A DNA stretch of 63,166 nucleotides, filler included, from Perkinsus chesapeaki ATCC PRA-425 (lineage: Eukaryota; Protista; Perkinsozoa): the NCBI GenBank assembly GCA_013115145.1. It is 11 parts of 11 records of this genome, joined end to end, with 100 filler letters (N's around TTAATTAATTAA, not from the genome) between each part and the next. Parts side by side here need not be neighbours in the genome. Positions count along the whole stretch, not along the records: positions 22,721 to 30,351 come from JAAPAO010001020.1; positions 30,452 to 33,293 come from JAAPAO010001512.1; positions 33,394 to 34,905 come from JAAPAO010001923.1; positions 35,006 to 54,208 come from JAAPAO010000643.1; 7 more parts are not named here. One strand, 5' to 3'. Every line of letters starts with the position of its first letter. The stretch's first letter is position 1. Both the position numbers and the translations under genes were made by a program. A model generated the notes under the pieces. The model saw only the letters and a list, made by a program, of their open reading frames with translations. It was not told where the DNA came from and ran no database searches. This document shows positions 23,400 through 35,640 of the stretch, piece after piece.

Positions 23400-26300
23400 T
23401 TTCAGATAGAGATGCCCCTCGAAGGTTAATAGACAGATTGACTCGAAAATAGTACCATCGAAGATGGTACTAACGCAATACTTTCGAGATTAATGTCCCC
23501 CGTTGTCTACGTTGGTCCATCGCATAAATGGACAGCGTTAATTTATCGGACAATGATCGAGTCGTGACTCATCAGTGATTTCGTGCTGGCCCTTTTCCGC
23601 ACTCGCGCACCGAGGGTTTCCGCACAAGGAATCCAACTCTTCGAGATTATTATTTGTGTATGTCCTTAGAACCATTGATGGGTGAATTAACTGCGCAAAC
23701 CCCACAAAAGGAAGTGGCACTCATTCGTTAACAGAAACCGTGCCATTAGGGTTCTCAATTAAAACATGCCGGCTGGTCCAGAATCGGATAGCTGCGTCAA
23801 CCTGAGAAGTGATCGATAAACAGAATGAGATGAGAAGCTACAGCATCCTCGTCAATGCCGCCTCCCATGAGCTGTTGGATATTATCTCTAGTGAGACACC
23901 AAGCAGAATCGGACTCATCTTCAAACAAAGCTAAGACAGCAAGTGCTATCAGAGGGCATATCACCTGTGGCAAGAGATATCATTCCGTCAGGAGCACCTA
24001 TGTGTGGTAATCACTTACATCAGTCGTTACGCCATTAATGATAATCTCCACCGTAGCATGCCCTTCTGTCCGAAGCCATACAAGTTCACGTTCACCACAG
24101 GTTTCCGCATACTCTACAGCGAAGCGTGAGAGCATCTGACAAGATTCCAGCTTTCAAAGTCGAGACCGAAGACAAAAGTACATCTTCAACGATTTGTGGT
24201 TGCAGCCTGAGCTCATTAAACTGCTGATGATAATGTCGAGTGTCTCCAATTCTAGCACGGCCAGCATTGGATGGCCAGAAGTGCCTCGATACCTACGGCT
24301 TTGGAAATATAATGAAACCTTTGCTGAGCTTACCATGAGAACTGAAATGTCCGGATTATCATGATGATTATCGTTGAGCTTCCGAATGATATGCGAGCTT
24401 ATCTTGCGTGAGTTCTCCACATCATGCAGGATTACCTGGGAGGACGGAGAGCTGGATGGTGTGGAGGCGCAAGAAGAGTCTTGAACGATTCCATTGCTTA
24501 GAACTGGCTACACTTAGCAGGTTCGAATGCTAACCGCCGAGCCTTGCTTTTCTCACATCGCATGGTTGAAGAGCATCCTCCCCAAACTTCTTTTTCAACA
24601 TTGTAAGATTGCTGGCATCTCGAGACGCCTCCCCCTGTGGGTTGGACACGAAGGATACTCCGAGTAAACGTTGACACATAAGCTCACGGTACCTACAAAA
24701 GTCAGCTCCTCTACGAAACGGGTGAACACTTAGCTGAGGTAGTCAAATAGACATCACTGCATCCTACTCTTTAATAAACTCGTCTTCTGAACCGTAGACT
24801 CCCACAACTAGTAACGGTAGCATTTGAGCTTCTGTCGACTCTCTTTTGTATCTTTGTGTGACTGGAGGGAACCTAACAACGAGCTCCTCATACCCTGCGG
24901 GAAAAGGATTATCCGAGGCTGCTGTAGAGAGTGANNNNNNNNNNNNNNNNNNNNNNNNNNNNNNNNNNNNNNNNNNNNNNNNNNNNNNNNNNNNNNNNNN
25001 NNNNNNNNNNNNNNNNNNNNNNNNNTGTGTGAGCTGGAGGGAACCTAACAACGAGCTCCTCATACCCTGCGGGAAAAGGATTATCCGAGGCTGCTGTAGA
25101 GAGTGACAACCTGGCGTACCCAAAGTGACCTCACCTTTCGTCCCAGACTTGGACGAACTTCTTTGTTTGAGTACCCGATATGAACGGCGGCGACACGAAT
25201 CTCGAAGGACCGGCTGGGACGGTAGGAATTGCGGGTGTCTCGAAGTCGTATAGTTCTAGCCATGCACTCGAAGTGCTCTCCCGAGGCTTAAATCGCACAA
25301 CTGCCATTCCTTCGCTGGAGTCACCTAACAGAGGAGCTCCAACCAACCGGCAGTACAGCCGGATAGTATGCTGAACCAAGTGATCAAAGGCACGGTCGTC
25401 GACCAGGTCAATCGTATTTGGTATTGCACAGAATTCCCGGAAATCAGAACAGGCTTACCTTTCGGTCTTTCTTCATCTGTTCTGTTGTCGCTGCCTTCTA
25501 GCATCGCAGCCACAACACATCGAACGGTGTCGCTTCGGCCTTGAAGGAACGTAACGACAGGCTCGCAAATCCAATCGAATATCTACAACAGATATTTTCA
25601 TCAACGAGCTTTTATTAAGCCAAATCCCGATGTAAGCAGTTAACAGGTGGACCGATAGAAGAGAATGATTATCCGAGAATCTGGGCAGTGCAACCTTTAT
25701 TATCTAAATCTAACGCCACAAAATTGCGCCAGTTTATTGTCCACGCTAGAAGCAAAAAAAACCGATTGCCTCAGAAAGTAGTATCTCGCTCGACGAGATG
25801 GGCTGGATAAGCACGAAATAGGAAGCATAATGTTAGTAAGTTTATTATTGTTATTCCAGCACCGGCCTGGAGTGTCGTGCTCACCCTGTGGGCAGCGTGA
25901 GGTCTCTCCGGACCAAGGAGGATATTGACAGCGCTGAACGCCCTCAAGTAGAGCTTGAGAACGTCAGCGGTCTGAGCGCTTGGAATGAGCAAGCGACGAT
26001 GAAACTCGAGCTGTATGGATGCTGCGAGAAGCACCATAGGTGATTGCCTGACAACGACACTCGAAACGAAGAGAGGCTAGTTGGAGCATGCAATCAGCAG
26101 CGGTCGCCTACGTATCTCCAAGAGAGAGAAGTCCCTTATCTTGACACATTTGAAGATATTCCAAACACCACGCCAGATCCATCAACGCTTGAGTGCTATA
26201 CGGATAGTCCTGAGCTCGAATTGATATGAGACGGAGCGTAGCTCTTACTCTTATAATGGCAAACACTCCACGATCGTGGCCACTGATTGTAGAACTTCGA

Positions 26301-27776
26301 CCATGTGGGATGCCAGGCACTCTGCAGCGTATACGAATCATTGTCCAGCATACCATAGCCTTCCAGTTCCCACAGCCATCAGCGACTGAGGCGACACCAG
26401 CTGGTTCAATGAGCTCTGGGATTATTGTTGAAAAATACCTACGGCAGACTGGCAGACGACGGACAGACAACTTAAAGAAACTGACCGTAGCAATGGCCCC
26501 AACACTGAGGCGTTCATTTCCCTTTTGCAGCCCTGAGCCAAAATAGGTGCTATAAGATCCTCCATTAAGATACGGCGCCACGCAGCGCACCAAAGGTCGT
26601 GCAATCCACAAATGGCAATCAGATCTCGTACCTGCGCAAGATGCAAGTACGAGGCCTTCTGATCAAGCTCACTCTGCCAACGTGTGCCAAGGCGATAGTA
26701 ACTTGATCATCTTCACCTTCCAAACCTTCCCGTAAAGCCTCCTTCCATGGCTGCCACTCATCGGCCTCTGATAGCGCTGGCATCAGTTGCATAACCTCAT
26801 CCCAGTCGTCAACTTGTCGCGTCGAAGCATCGTCAGGCTCCTCTTCGTTATTGTAAGGAGAGATATTTGGTAAGCGCGTCAGCGGTATTGCTTCTTCCTT
26901 AGTGACGGAATCTTCGTTCATATCTTCCACCGATGACTCAGACAAATAGCTTTCCGATGGCGTAATGAAGCAGTGCCTGACTCATCTCAGTTTAGGAAAA
27001 CCGATCTGTAAAGATTACCTCGCTTTAACAACAGCTCGATGAATGAGATATAGGATACAGGGCCGGAAGAGGGCCACCTCGTACTCATCACAACACTTCA
27101 GCTTCGATCTTTCCAGACCACGAATGCCTTCCTTCACCCATCTCTGACACTGCGCAGTATTCACTATGTACGCTAAAAATCCTACCACGACCTTCTCAGG
27201 GCAGCCGGTAGCCTTCGACGCATTTTGGNNNNNNNNNNNNNNNNNNNNNNNNNNNNNNNNNNNNNNNNNNNNNNNNNNNNNNNNNNNNNNNNNNNNNNNN
27301 NNNNNNNNNNNNNNNNNNNNNNNNNGAACACGATCCGCTACCTCCTCAAGCCATTGCATCCAACGGCCTTCGTCATCGACTGGTGCACTTTGGGCTAGTG
27401 CTGAGGTAAATCGGATAAAAAGGTTATGTCGGACTTCTTCTCAAACCCTTAATGTGGCTCTCTAATTCCTTCTCTGATGCCTCTGTCATTTCTACGTCTT
27501 CCGGCACTGCACATGACGACGAGGAAGACATTTCCAGATACTCACGTCCTGCCAAGATTACGAGACCACAGAGCACGTGCCAAAGTGTTAACGTGTCTAT
27601 AGAAGTGATTTTGAAGCGCGGTCGGTGATCGTGTCTCATCACTGGTACGAGGGCTGAGGAGTAGTTATTCGCTGTCGACACACAAAGTCGTGAATCTGAG
27701 GCAATGTAAACAGCTGTAGTGAGCTGATTCGGCCTCGGGGATTCCTGCCTGAAGAAAACCGTTCCAATAAAAACAT
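23400..27776 (-). CDS. APC2: Anaphase-promoting complex subunit 2 (cullin-like), multi-exon
   Basis: Ordered APC2 motifs: DYPYSTQALMDLAWCLE, RRLLIPSAQTADVLKLY, CEPVVTFLQGRSDTVRCVV, LVVGVYGSEDEFIKEYRELMCQRLL, LKKKFGEDALQPCD…LHDVENSRKI. It spans two scaffold gaps and both ends are approximate. Confidence 0.88.
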
Positions 27777-27880
27777 GGTTAATTTGGAGACATTAAAGCA
27801 TTGAACAACGCAAACCACGGACACCTACGAGAAGTCCCATGGAGATGAGACATCCCAGAAACACGTGCAGAAGCATGGCG

Positions 27881-30300
27881 TCATCTAAACACAGTGAAAA
27901 GGCCATCGCGCATCACCGCTGGCATTTCCTTATTTCTCCAAGATCGAGTCTTCCGTCTTGACTTTTGCGCAACTCCTGCGTAGCGAAAGTGCAAACGTCC
28001 ACCGGGGTTAGATACCGAGTCGTGGGGCATGATGTCATCGACAGCGCTCGGATTGTATGAAAATTTTCCAAGAGAACTGGGGGAAACCGACGAGACCTTA
28101 CGCTTACGATCGGGCTTGATAACAGAGGAAGAATGAGAACTAGAATGTATGAACACCTTGTCATCGGTTTTGTATTCAGTGTTGAGATCTTCCCAGATAC
28201 TCAAATGGGATTTCCCTGACTTTGCCTCACAGCCACCTTTATGTGGTTGTGCAATCCCGTCCTCCCATGAGTCGATGACAGAGTACGTTGGCTCCCTAGC
28301 AAAGGACACTTTTCTTGGATTGGTTGGCCGGATTTTATTCTTCGACCTTTCGTGCATGAATGAGCTCGGTGAGAAAACAGAGTTCCCCTCAACTTCAACC
28401 TCGCGGCCGTCTAGCGTGTCTCGTAATGGGTACGCAGGACCAAGGCGCAATTGCTTGCTCGGCAAATCATCCGATCTAGAGTCACTGTGAAGGCCAAAAC
28501 TACTGTCTTCATAGTTAACTGGACTGACAGGCTTTGCAGTCCAAGATGGAGCGCTGGACAATGCGCTGGCGTTAGATCTTGAACTATTGTGCTCCACCAC
28601 ACTCGATGATCCTGTAGGACGGCACTGCCTTCTTCTTACTCGCGCAGGAGATGGACAGGCGTTGACCTTGAACGTGAGTGACTTTCTGTCAGCCATCCTA
28701 CGCGTACGCCGCTGAGGGGCCGATGAGGTTCTATGGCTACGATCGAGCCTTATTGTCAGTTCTGATAAGATATCTTCAGCGGTCTCCGTCTGCCGTGACG
28801 GCCTCTCTTCAGAGGGTGAGAAACCATGATCAACCAATTCGGACTCACAGTCTGTGAAGATCGACTCTGCAGCCGGGAAAGGTTTACGGAGTAAGCCGCG
28901 AGTTGACGGAGCATAAAGGTCGCTGCCGAAGTCATTGCAATCTGCAGGGTACGACCAATCAGCGTCTAGACCGTCAGAGCCGTCTTCGTGTTGGTCAAGC
29001 TCACAAGTCTCCAAGTCTGCAAAGCTGAGAGTGTCGTCACCACTAGCATCACAATCTGTCAGGTGGTCTTCTGGTTCTGGATTGTCGAAGGCCAGTGAGT
29101 CAGCTAGCTCACCGCAGTCCCGCCCCACAAAGCTGCCCGAATTGAACCAGCCAGCCTTGGAAGCTAACGAGTAAGAATCGTCATCGCTCGGAAGAGAGAA
29201 AGAGTCCAACGGGCCTTCGAAAGGATTACCAAGGCTACCAGACTGATGTGTAACTTCGGTATTCGGAAGACCGTCACCACCAAAGAGTAGCTCAGCGTCG
29301 GTTTCGTGAGCATTGTCGGAGGCACGCTCGTTGGTCATAACGTCTAGATCAACCTCACTCAGTGGATGATCTTCGAAGGCCTCACGCTAAAAGAATGGAT
29401 GCAGAAGGAGGCGACGGCACACTTCCGACCTTCCTATGTGTCAGCAATTTTTTAATGATACTAACAACGAACTTGGCGGACGATTTCTGAGGACAGGTTA
29501 GCGGGATGACTCCATCCACCATGCAAAGTCGCAGCGCCAGTTCGGTAAGGTCTGAGGCTACAATGCCGCAGAAATCACGACTGCTTGTCACCTTCGGGAG
29601 CTAGACAAGAAGTTGTGGGCTTCTCGTAGCCAAGCTCATCTAGGCACATGCTCATAGCCAAGGAGGCGTCCATCATTGAGGCGCTCTTCAGCGCCCCAGG
29701 CGCACCGGGGATGGCCACATACACACTTTTGAAGAGCTTCGATATTCTCTGGATCGTGCTAACAGTAGATACTGGTTGCCTTCCGGCCGACGCCTCAAGA
29801 GAAATTACAACCATATCATCATTCTGAACGAATACGAGAATCCTTTGCAAGTGTGAGATCCTTCGGTACGACTTCCACCGCAGTGGTGATCTCCTTCGGC
29901 AAAGTCTTGAACTTTGAGCTCGGTCTGCAGTGTATGCGCGAGGCGCGCAGCGAACTCTCGACGGCTGATCGGGGCGCCGACGAAGTTAGGTAAACCTAGT
30001 AGCCAAGGTAAGTTTTCTCAGTATGGCATCCTGACCACCGTCGAGGACTCCAGTAGGACATCTTCGTCACCCTTGTGGATGTGGATGTGATAGCGTATGG
30101 ATTCGAAGGCTGCCTGAACCCCGGTGATGGGCCAAAATGAGGGACCAAGATGCTCACTGGATTAGACACCTCTAAACCCATGAGTGGTTCAAATGCGACC
30201 GACACAGTGTCTGGCCTGCATAACAATGAGCAGACCTTCGGACTCTTGGCGAAACACTCCGAGTCGCTTTCTGGTATGACAGGACAAGGTAAGAGAGCTT
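27881..30300 (-). CDS. Hypothetical protein with a long acidic/Ser-rich terminal exon
   Basis: The 485-aa ORF 27881-29338 is joined in frame via a GT-AG intron (…TCTTTTAG|REAFEDH…) to exons in ORFs 29382-29591 and 29575-29850. The 5' end is uncertain. Confidence 0.6.
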
Positions 30301-30451
30301 CTTCGGGGACGAAGTGCAGCGTCTTGAGAGCGTCTAAGAGGAGATCTGCCCNNNNNNNNNNNNNNNNNNNNNNNNNNNNNNNNNNNNNNNNNNNNTTAAT
30401 TAATTAANNNNNNNNNNNNNNNNNNNNNNNNNNNNNNNNNNNNNNNNNNNN

Positions 30452-30685
30452 AAGTGAGAGTCTGAATGATTGTAGGGCTTGTTGATACTTCACGGGAGTT
30501 GACAAATCAAGGGGGTGAAGGTCGCCGTAGTGAAGAAGATCGATGTCAGTAATGAACTGGAGGTCATCTGCGTGGTGTAGCTTCAAGTAGGTAAGGAGCT
30601 CTTCGACGGGAGAAGTAGAAGTTGATGGGGATTCAGAAGGACCAGAGGAAGTCTGGGCACCATTTGTTGCTTTTTCTTCGTTCAT
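30452..30685 (-). CDS. N-terminal fragment of an unknown protein, possibly gag-like
   Basis: MNEEKATNGAQ…VEELLTYLKLHHADDLQFITDIDLLHYG runs into the contig edge. The neighbours are all retroelement fragments. Confidence 0.25.
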
Positions 30686-30999
30686 GCGGAAGAACACAAG
30701 GCGAGAAGGGAGTCTGCAAAGGCTTCTTCTTATTCAGCTGACACTCGCAGGGGGATTTAGCTGTGCACGCATGTACAAGAGAGCGAGCGGCGCACAATGA
30801 ATAACACTTGGCATAGTACCGCGATGTCCCTGGCCAACGCGCACCTCTCAATCGGGTGTCGATGGCCCAAGCCGCTTGGCTACCAGTAAATATATACCGC
30901 CGCGTTCAAAGAAAGACTTGGAACTGACCGGCGGTAGACCGTACACACCGCAGAGCATCGCGGATGGCTATTAGTTCACACTGGGCTATAGAGCAGAAA

Positions 31000-31850
31000 C
31001 CGGGCAGGCTGAAATAGGACTGGTGCACCGGCATGTTATGCGCGAAGGCAATAATGCCTCCGCCGCTACTCTAGTGGGATTTGGAGCCATCTGTGAAGAT
31101 GGCACAGTGGCGTTCGCATTCCGTAGCGCGCTGTATAGCCTCCCCTAGGTTCCATCGCAAGATTGGCCGTAGGGGCCCATGGAGGAAGACGAGTGTCAGA
31201 CTTCCATACCATCTCCCTGTACCTGCCAGGGCAATCTCTCAGGGGCAGCACTGGCATCATCCAATCTCGTTGAACCTCCAGGAGGGACAGGAGTCGCATG
31301 TGCGCAGGCTGGAGCCCTGCCATAATAGTGACTGCCGCATACGAGTTATTACGAGGTGCACGTAGCACTATGCGCATATCATACCAGACACCGAGTCCAC
31401 CAATTTCTGAGTCCATAAGAAGTGCAATACATCTCCCCATGCCGACAACCCATGTGAGAGGTGCGGAAAGACTCCCTGGTGGTAGGTACGAGCGGCTTTT
31501 TTTGTGAGTTCTTGCTCAGCCTAGGCCAACTAGACAGGCTAGCCGGCGTCGGCACTCGGACACTTTTTTACGCAGGTGAGGACTAAGGGTCAGTCTTTTG
31601 TCAAGAAAGACCCCTAGGACTCTCACCGTGTCGGTCGTGGGAAATTTCGCGCCCTGCCAGGTAGGCGAGAACACTAGCTTCCTAGGGGAAAGGACGTAGC
31701 ACTTGTCCGGAGACATGTCCAGTCCCGACCGACGGCACCAGCGGTCAAGGTTTCCCTCAACATAGCGCCAGGCTTCACGAAAAGCCGTTACGCCGGATGC
31801 GTTGATGACTATTGGCATGTCATTGTGGGGTCATGCAGTAGAAGCACTGG
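31000..31850 (-). pseudogene. Degenerate non-LTR (LINE) reverse transcriptase C-terminal region
   Basis: …LDRWCRRSGLDMSPDKC…VRVLGVFLDKRLTLSPHLRKKVSECRRRL fits the LINE RT thumb region. Stops and frameshifts follow downstream. Confidence 0.75.
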
Positions 31851-31859
31851 CGTTCCGTC

Positions 31860-33070
31860 TCCGGTCTTCATGCAACCTTTGTCGAGCATCGCCTGCGTAC
31901 CTTACGTGAATTGGTTAGCCAGTTGCGCTTGGGCGTGCGTGTAGAGCATGTCGCCAGTGACGCTAATCTCGCGGATTCTCTGAGTCGCATTCCGCAGCGG
32001 AAATTCCGCTGTTCTGCGCCCCCGTCGAGATGCTTTAGGCTCGACGGCATCTATCGCTGCCCCTGCTCTAGCCAGCCCCGCCCGTGATGCCGCAGGCCAC
32101 TTTATCATCACTTCAACGGCGGAGTTAGATCCTTCGTTCGGCTACGTGAGTTGGTCTCATTCCCCGATTTGCGTGAGTATTGCCGCAACTTTGTTCGGAA
32201 CTGTTCAGATTGCGGCCTTGGGAAAGTTACCGTGTCGGCCGCTGTTGAGGCTGGTATACGATCGACCACCATTACTCCGCGGGCTTCGGAGCCTTGGCAG
32301 ATCGTACATACCGACGTGGTTGGCCGTTATAAGGACAGTCAGGTCTACGTTGTTACCCTGATCGACAACTACAGTGGTCACCTACTAACTCGTGTTACTC
32401 GTTCCATGCCTGTGGGTCAAGTTGCTGCGTCACTCCTTAGGGACGTTTTAGAGCGCTTCAATACGCTCCCTCGGACTGTGCATCATGACGGTGGCTCCCA
32501 GTTTACTTCGGTCCAGTATTTCAACGCGTTAACATGGGCCGGCTGTCGAGGATGCCGGTCCCCTGGGAACAGCTCTTGGACGAACGGCAGGGTGGAGCGG
32601 GTTCACCGCGTTTTGAACGACCGCATCTGGCCTCACTTTCGTCCCCTTCGAAAGTATTGTGTCCCGGGCGACTCTACGCTACAATACGGCTCCGGTTCGT
32701 CGCCACGGTTTGAGCTCCCATCAGCTCATCTTCACCTTTCCTGCGTGGCCGTATCCTGGTGTTGACGGCTCCTAACGTCCCGAGGTTACTGCTGAAGTTC
32801 CTGCTGCTCCTTCGTCAGTCGCTACTCCCGGCGTGGCGCGTCGTTCTAGGGTTCCAGGAGTCGGTGAAATATGGTTATGCTGCCGTTTTGGCCAGCCCAA
32901 AAAGTACCATTCGAACCGTGTCTCATTACTGCTCAGCTTTCTGCTAAATGTTTTCTTACCCGTACAGTTACCGGACGTAAGTCTCACTCAACTCATTTAC
33001 ATCATCTTAAGTATATCTCTCCGACTGCTGCTTCTCGTCTCGACTTGGGGTCACTTCTCTCCTCGGGAGG
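31860..33070 (+). mobile_element. LTR retrotransposon RNase H end plus integrase, frameshifted
   Basis: TFVEHRL…EHVASDANLADSLSR (RH end), C..C zinc finger, PWQIVHTDVVG, LIDNYS, HHDGGSQF, NGRVERVHR, YNTAP, and a GPY/F-like tail (PFEPC…HLHHLK). Confidence 0.85.
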
Positions 33071-33293
33071 GAGGCGTGTAGCTGTCGAGCGCATGTGCAC
33101 GCTAGGAGGAGGGCGCTATAAAACGTGACGCGACCACGCGGGGCTTGGAGACGAGAGGGCTAGTCGGCTTGGGGCCTCTCAGTTAGCTTTGCTACAAGTT
33201 AATCACTCTTTAAATGTTGGGTTTGTCACCTCAGAGTCCGGAGGCCGCCAACAATCGGACGAGCTGATCGAGAAGGCTCTGTTGAGATCCTCT
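33064..33293 (+). mobile_element. Polypurine tract and 3' LTR (starts TGTAGC at 33077, truncated by the contig end)
   Basis: CGGGAGGGAGGCG|TGTAGC directly after the integrase tail. Confidence 0.6.
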
Positions 33294-33431
33294 NNNNNNN
33301 NNNNNNNNNNNNNNNNNNNNNNNNNNNNNNNNNNNNNTTAATTAATTAANNNNNNNNNNNNNNNNNNNNNNNNNNNNNNNNNNNNNNNNNNNNGGAATCT
33401 ATCTCTTCCCAAGATTCTCTGTGGGGGCTGT

Positions 33432-34905
33432 ATGAGGAGGCTAACGCGGTTTGATAAGAATCCAGGTGAATTTGAAGCGTGGAAACAGGACAAGCGGTTC
33501 TACGTCGATGCTTTGCAATTGGACTACGACCTGGTAGCTACTAGGAGTGACAGGTGTTCCCAAGAGGCGCGTTGCCGAGTTTGTGATATTGTCCACAATC
33601 CGAAGTCGAACGAGCTCCAGGCTAAGGAGTCTAACTTTCCTAAGAAAGGGCGCCCTTTGGAGCAATCGCCACCGCAACCCATTTGCAACAAATGCGGAGA
33701 GCCTTGGACCTTTGAACATGACTTGCGCCATTGTGCTAATGTCATGAAGCGACCAACTCGTTCGGCTGCTGCAGGTCGAGTCTTCGCTGAGCGAGTAAAG
33801 GCCAGAGGTTTCCTAGATGACCTGGTAAAGGAACATTTGCGGGATACCTTCGAGAGTGGTGGTGGCTCTGAGAGCTCCGCTACTCCATTACGGACGGGTG
33901 TGAAGCTAGACGGTCACACCTACCTTGGTATTACTCCCTACCGCTACGATGGTACCACAACTACCAAGAGCCTCTCTATAGAGTCCGCTAGAGACCTCTT
34001 GAGGCTCGGCCATCTTGGTCTTGGTAAGGACGGTGCTCGGAAGCTATGCGCAATTTTGGGACGCGAAGGAATATGCTTTCCGAATGGTGGCCTCGAGGAG
34101 TGTAGGAACGAAAAGTGGACTGTGTTCGGTCCCCTTTTCCGTAGCGAGGTTCTAGATCTGGAGATCGAAAGGCACCAGATCCCTTACTCCACGCCCTTTG
34201 GCCTGTGTATGGACGTGAGAGCTCTGTTAAATGTGGTGACAGATGGTGACGCTGACTGCATCTCCCGTCTCAAATTCCAGTTAGACGGTGGTAGGCAGTT
34301 CCTGAAGCTTTCAGTGAACGTCGTTTCTATTGAATCTGGTTGTCCATACGTTCCGGGTCCTAACAGTGTAATGAAAAACTTTGTCATTGGCCTTGGACAA
34401 GCTCTTGAGACTCCGCACAACCTTCGAAAGTTGTTCGAGTATCCATCAATCAGCGTGCTATTCAAGTCCGAAATGCCGAAGCAAATAGCTTGTGACCTCA
34501 AGGTGGCGGCCATGGTGGTTGGTATCCAGGCCGCTTCTTGCAAGTATCCTTGTCCTTTCTGCCTTTGGGTGAAAGGATGTGCCTGCGTCGGTGAAAGAGC
34601 AGCCTCTCGAGACTGGCAGTCTCATGACCGTGACTTTAAGAATGGTCACCATAATGTAGTCTGTGAGCCTTGTGTCTGCTGGCGCGACTCACCCATGGAG
34701 GTCATAGCTCTTGCTCCACTTCACTTACTGCTCGGTGTGGTCAACAAGGTGTACAAAGAGATCTGTCAAGGATTTGGCGATGCTTTCACTGCCAAGCAGC
34801 AGGATGCCTTGGCCAGGTACGGCATTAGACGTTCCTCGTATTTTCATGGTGACCTTGAGGGTAATGAATGCTCTCGATTCCTTGACGCAGTTTCAGAAAA
34901 CAAGA
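33432..34905 (+). mobile_element. RAG1/Transib/Chapaev-like DDE transposase, 3'-truncated by the contig end
   Basis: Intronless ORF with motifs in RAG1-core order: KFQLDGG, ACDLKVAAMVVGIQAASCKYPCPFC, LAPLHLLLG, GNECSRFL. N-terminal Cys/His clusters are present. Confidence 0.7.
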
Positions 34906-35327
34906 NNNNNNNNNNNNNNNNNNNNNNNNNNNNNNNNNNNNNNNNNNNNTTAATTAATTAANNNNNNNNNNNNNNNNNNNNNNNNNNNNNNNNNNNNNNN
35001 NNNNNCTTCCCCTCCAAGCGGGCGTGCGAACGTCTAACTGCGTCTTTCTTGCAACGCTCCACACCCGCGACCGCGCATCACTCATTAACATGGACATCTT
35101 GCGCACTTGAGCGTTTCTCAACGTACGCACGTGCGTGCGGCTACACCGCTGTGAAGTCACTCAACGCATAATCTTTCTGTGCTACTGCACATACCTCTCT
35201 CTAGTCGTCTTTCACTTGCGGTATATATTTTTCACCTCCGGTACTATCACAATGATCAATTCCTATTAACGTGCATGTCTTAGTTACGCACAGATTGGGA
35301 CCGCGCAGCTCCGGAAAGCGCGACATG

Positions 35328-35582
35328 TGTAGCATCACCCTGACTCTCAACACGGCTCATATTACCCAAGTAGAATGCAGGTAGTTATAGATATAATAGT
35401 AATACCTTGATGGCACCCGTAGAGGGCAATTAGAGCAAATGGGAAAGGCTACAAACAATACAATGCAGTGTGAGTCATCCCATCAATACGATATACAATC
35501 ATCATCATCTATCTTGAAACTGCGCTTCTTCGTGCAGTTGTAGGAAATCGGCGGAGCGTAGTAGAGGTGTGATTCTGCCACA
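35328..35582 (-). repeat. 3' LTR (255 bp)
   Basis: Direct repeat of 41226-41483. On the minus strand it is preceded by a short PPT, TTAGGGGGCTC. Confidence 0.97.
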
Positions 35583-35640
35583 GAGCCCCCTAACGACGAG
35601 AGATAGAATAGAGGGAGTTGTTACGTGACGAATACACCGA

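Noticed and set aside
10550-24535. GGTTCGAA T-loop-like hits at ~10553 and ~24522
   Set aside because: No closing T-stem or cloverleaf. They lie within the UBC9 and APC2 gene bodies.
24855-25107. Direct repeat of about 79 bp on both sides of an N gap
   Set aside because: Near-identical contig-end overlap typical of a negative scaffold gap inside APC2, so an assembly artefact.
25771-26037. Apparent truncated APC2 lacking the cullin domain
   Set aside because: Further exons (CEPVVTFLQGRSDTVR; GVYGSEDEFIKEYR…) continue the gene downstream, so it is a normal full-length APC2.
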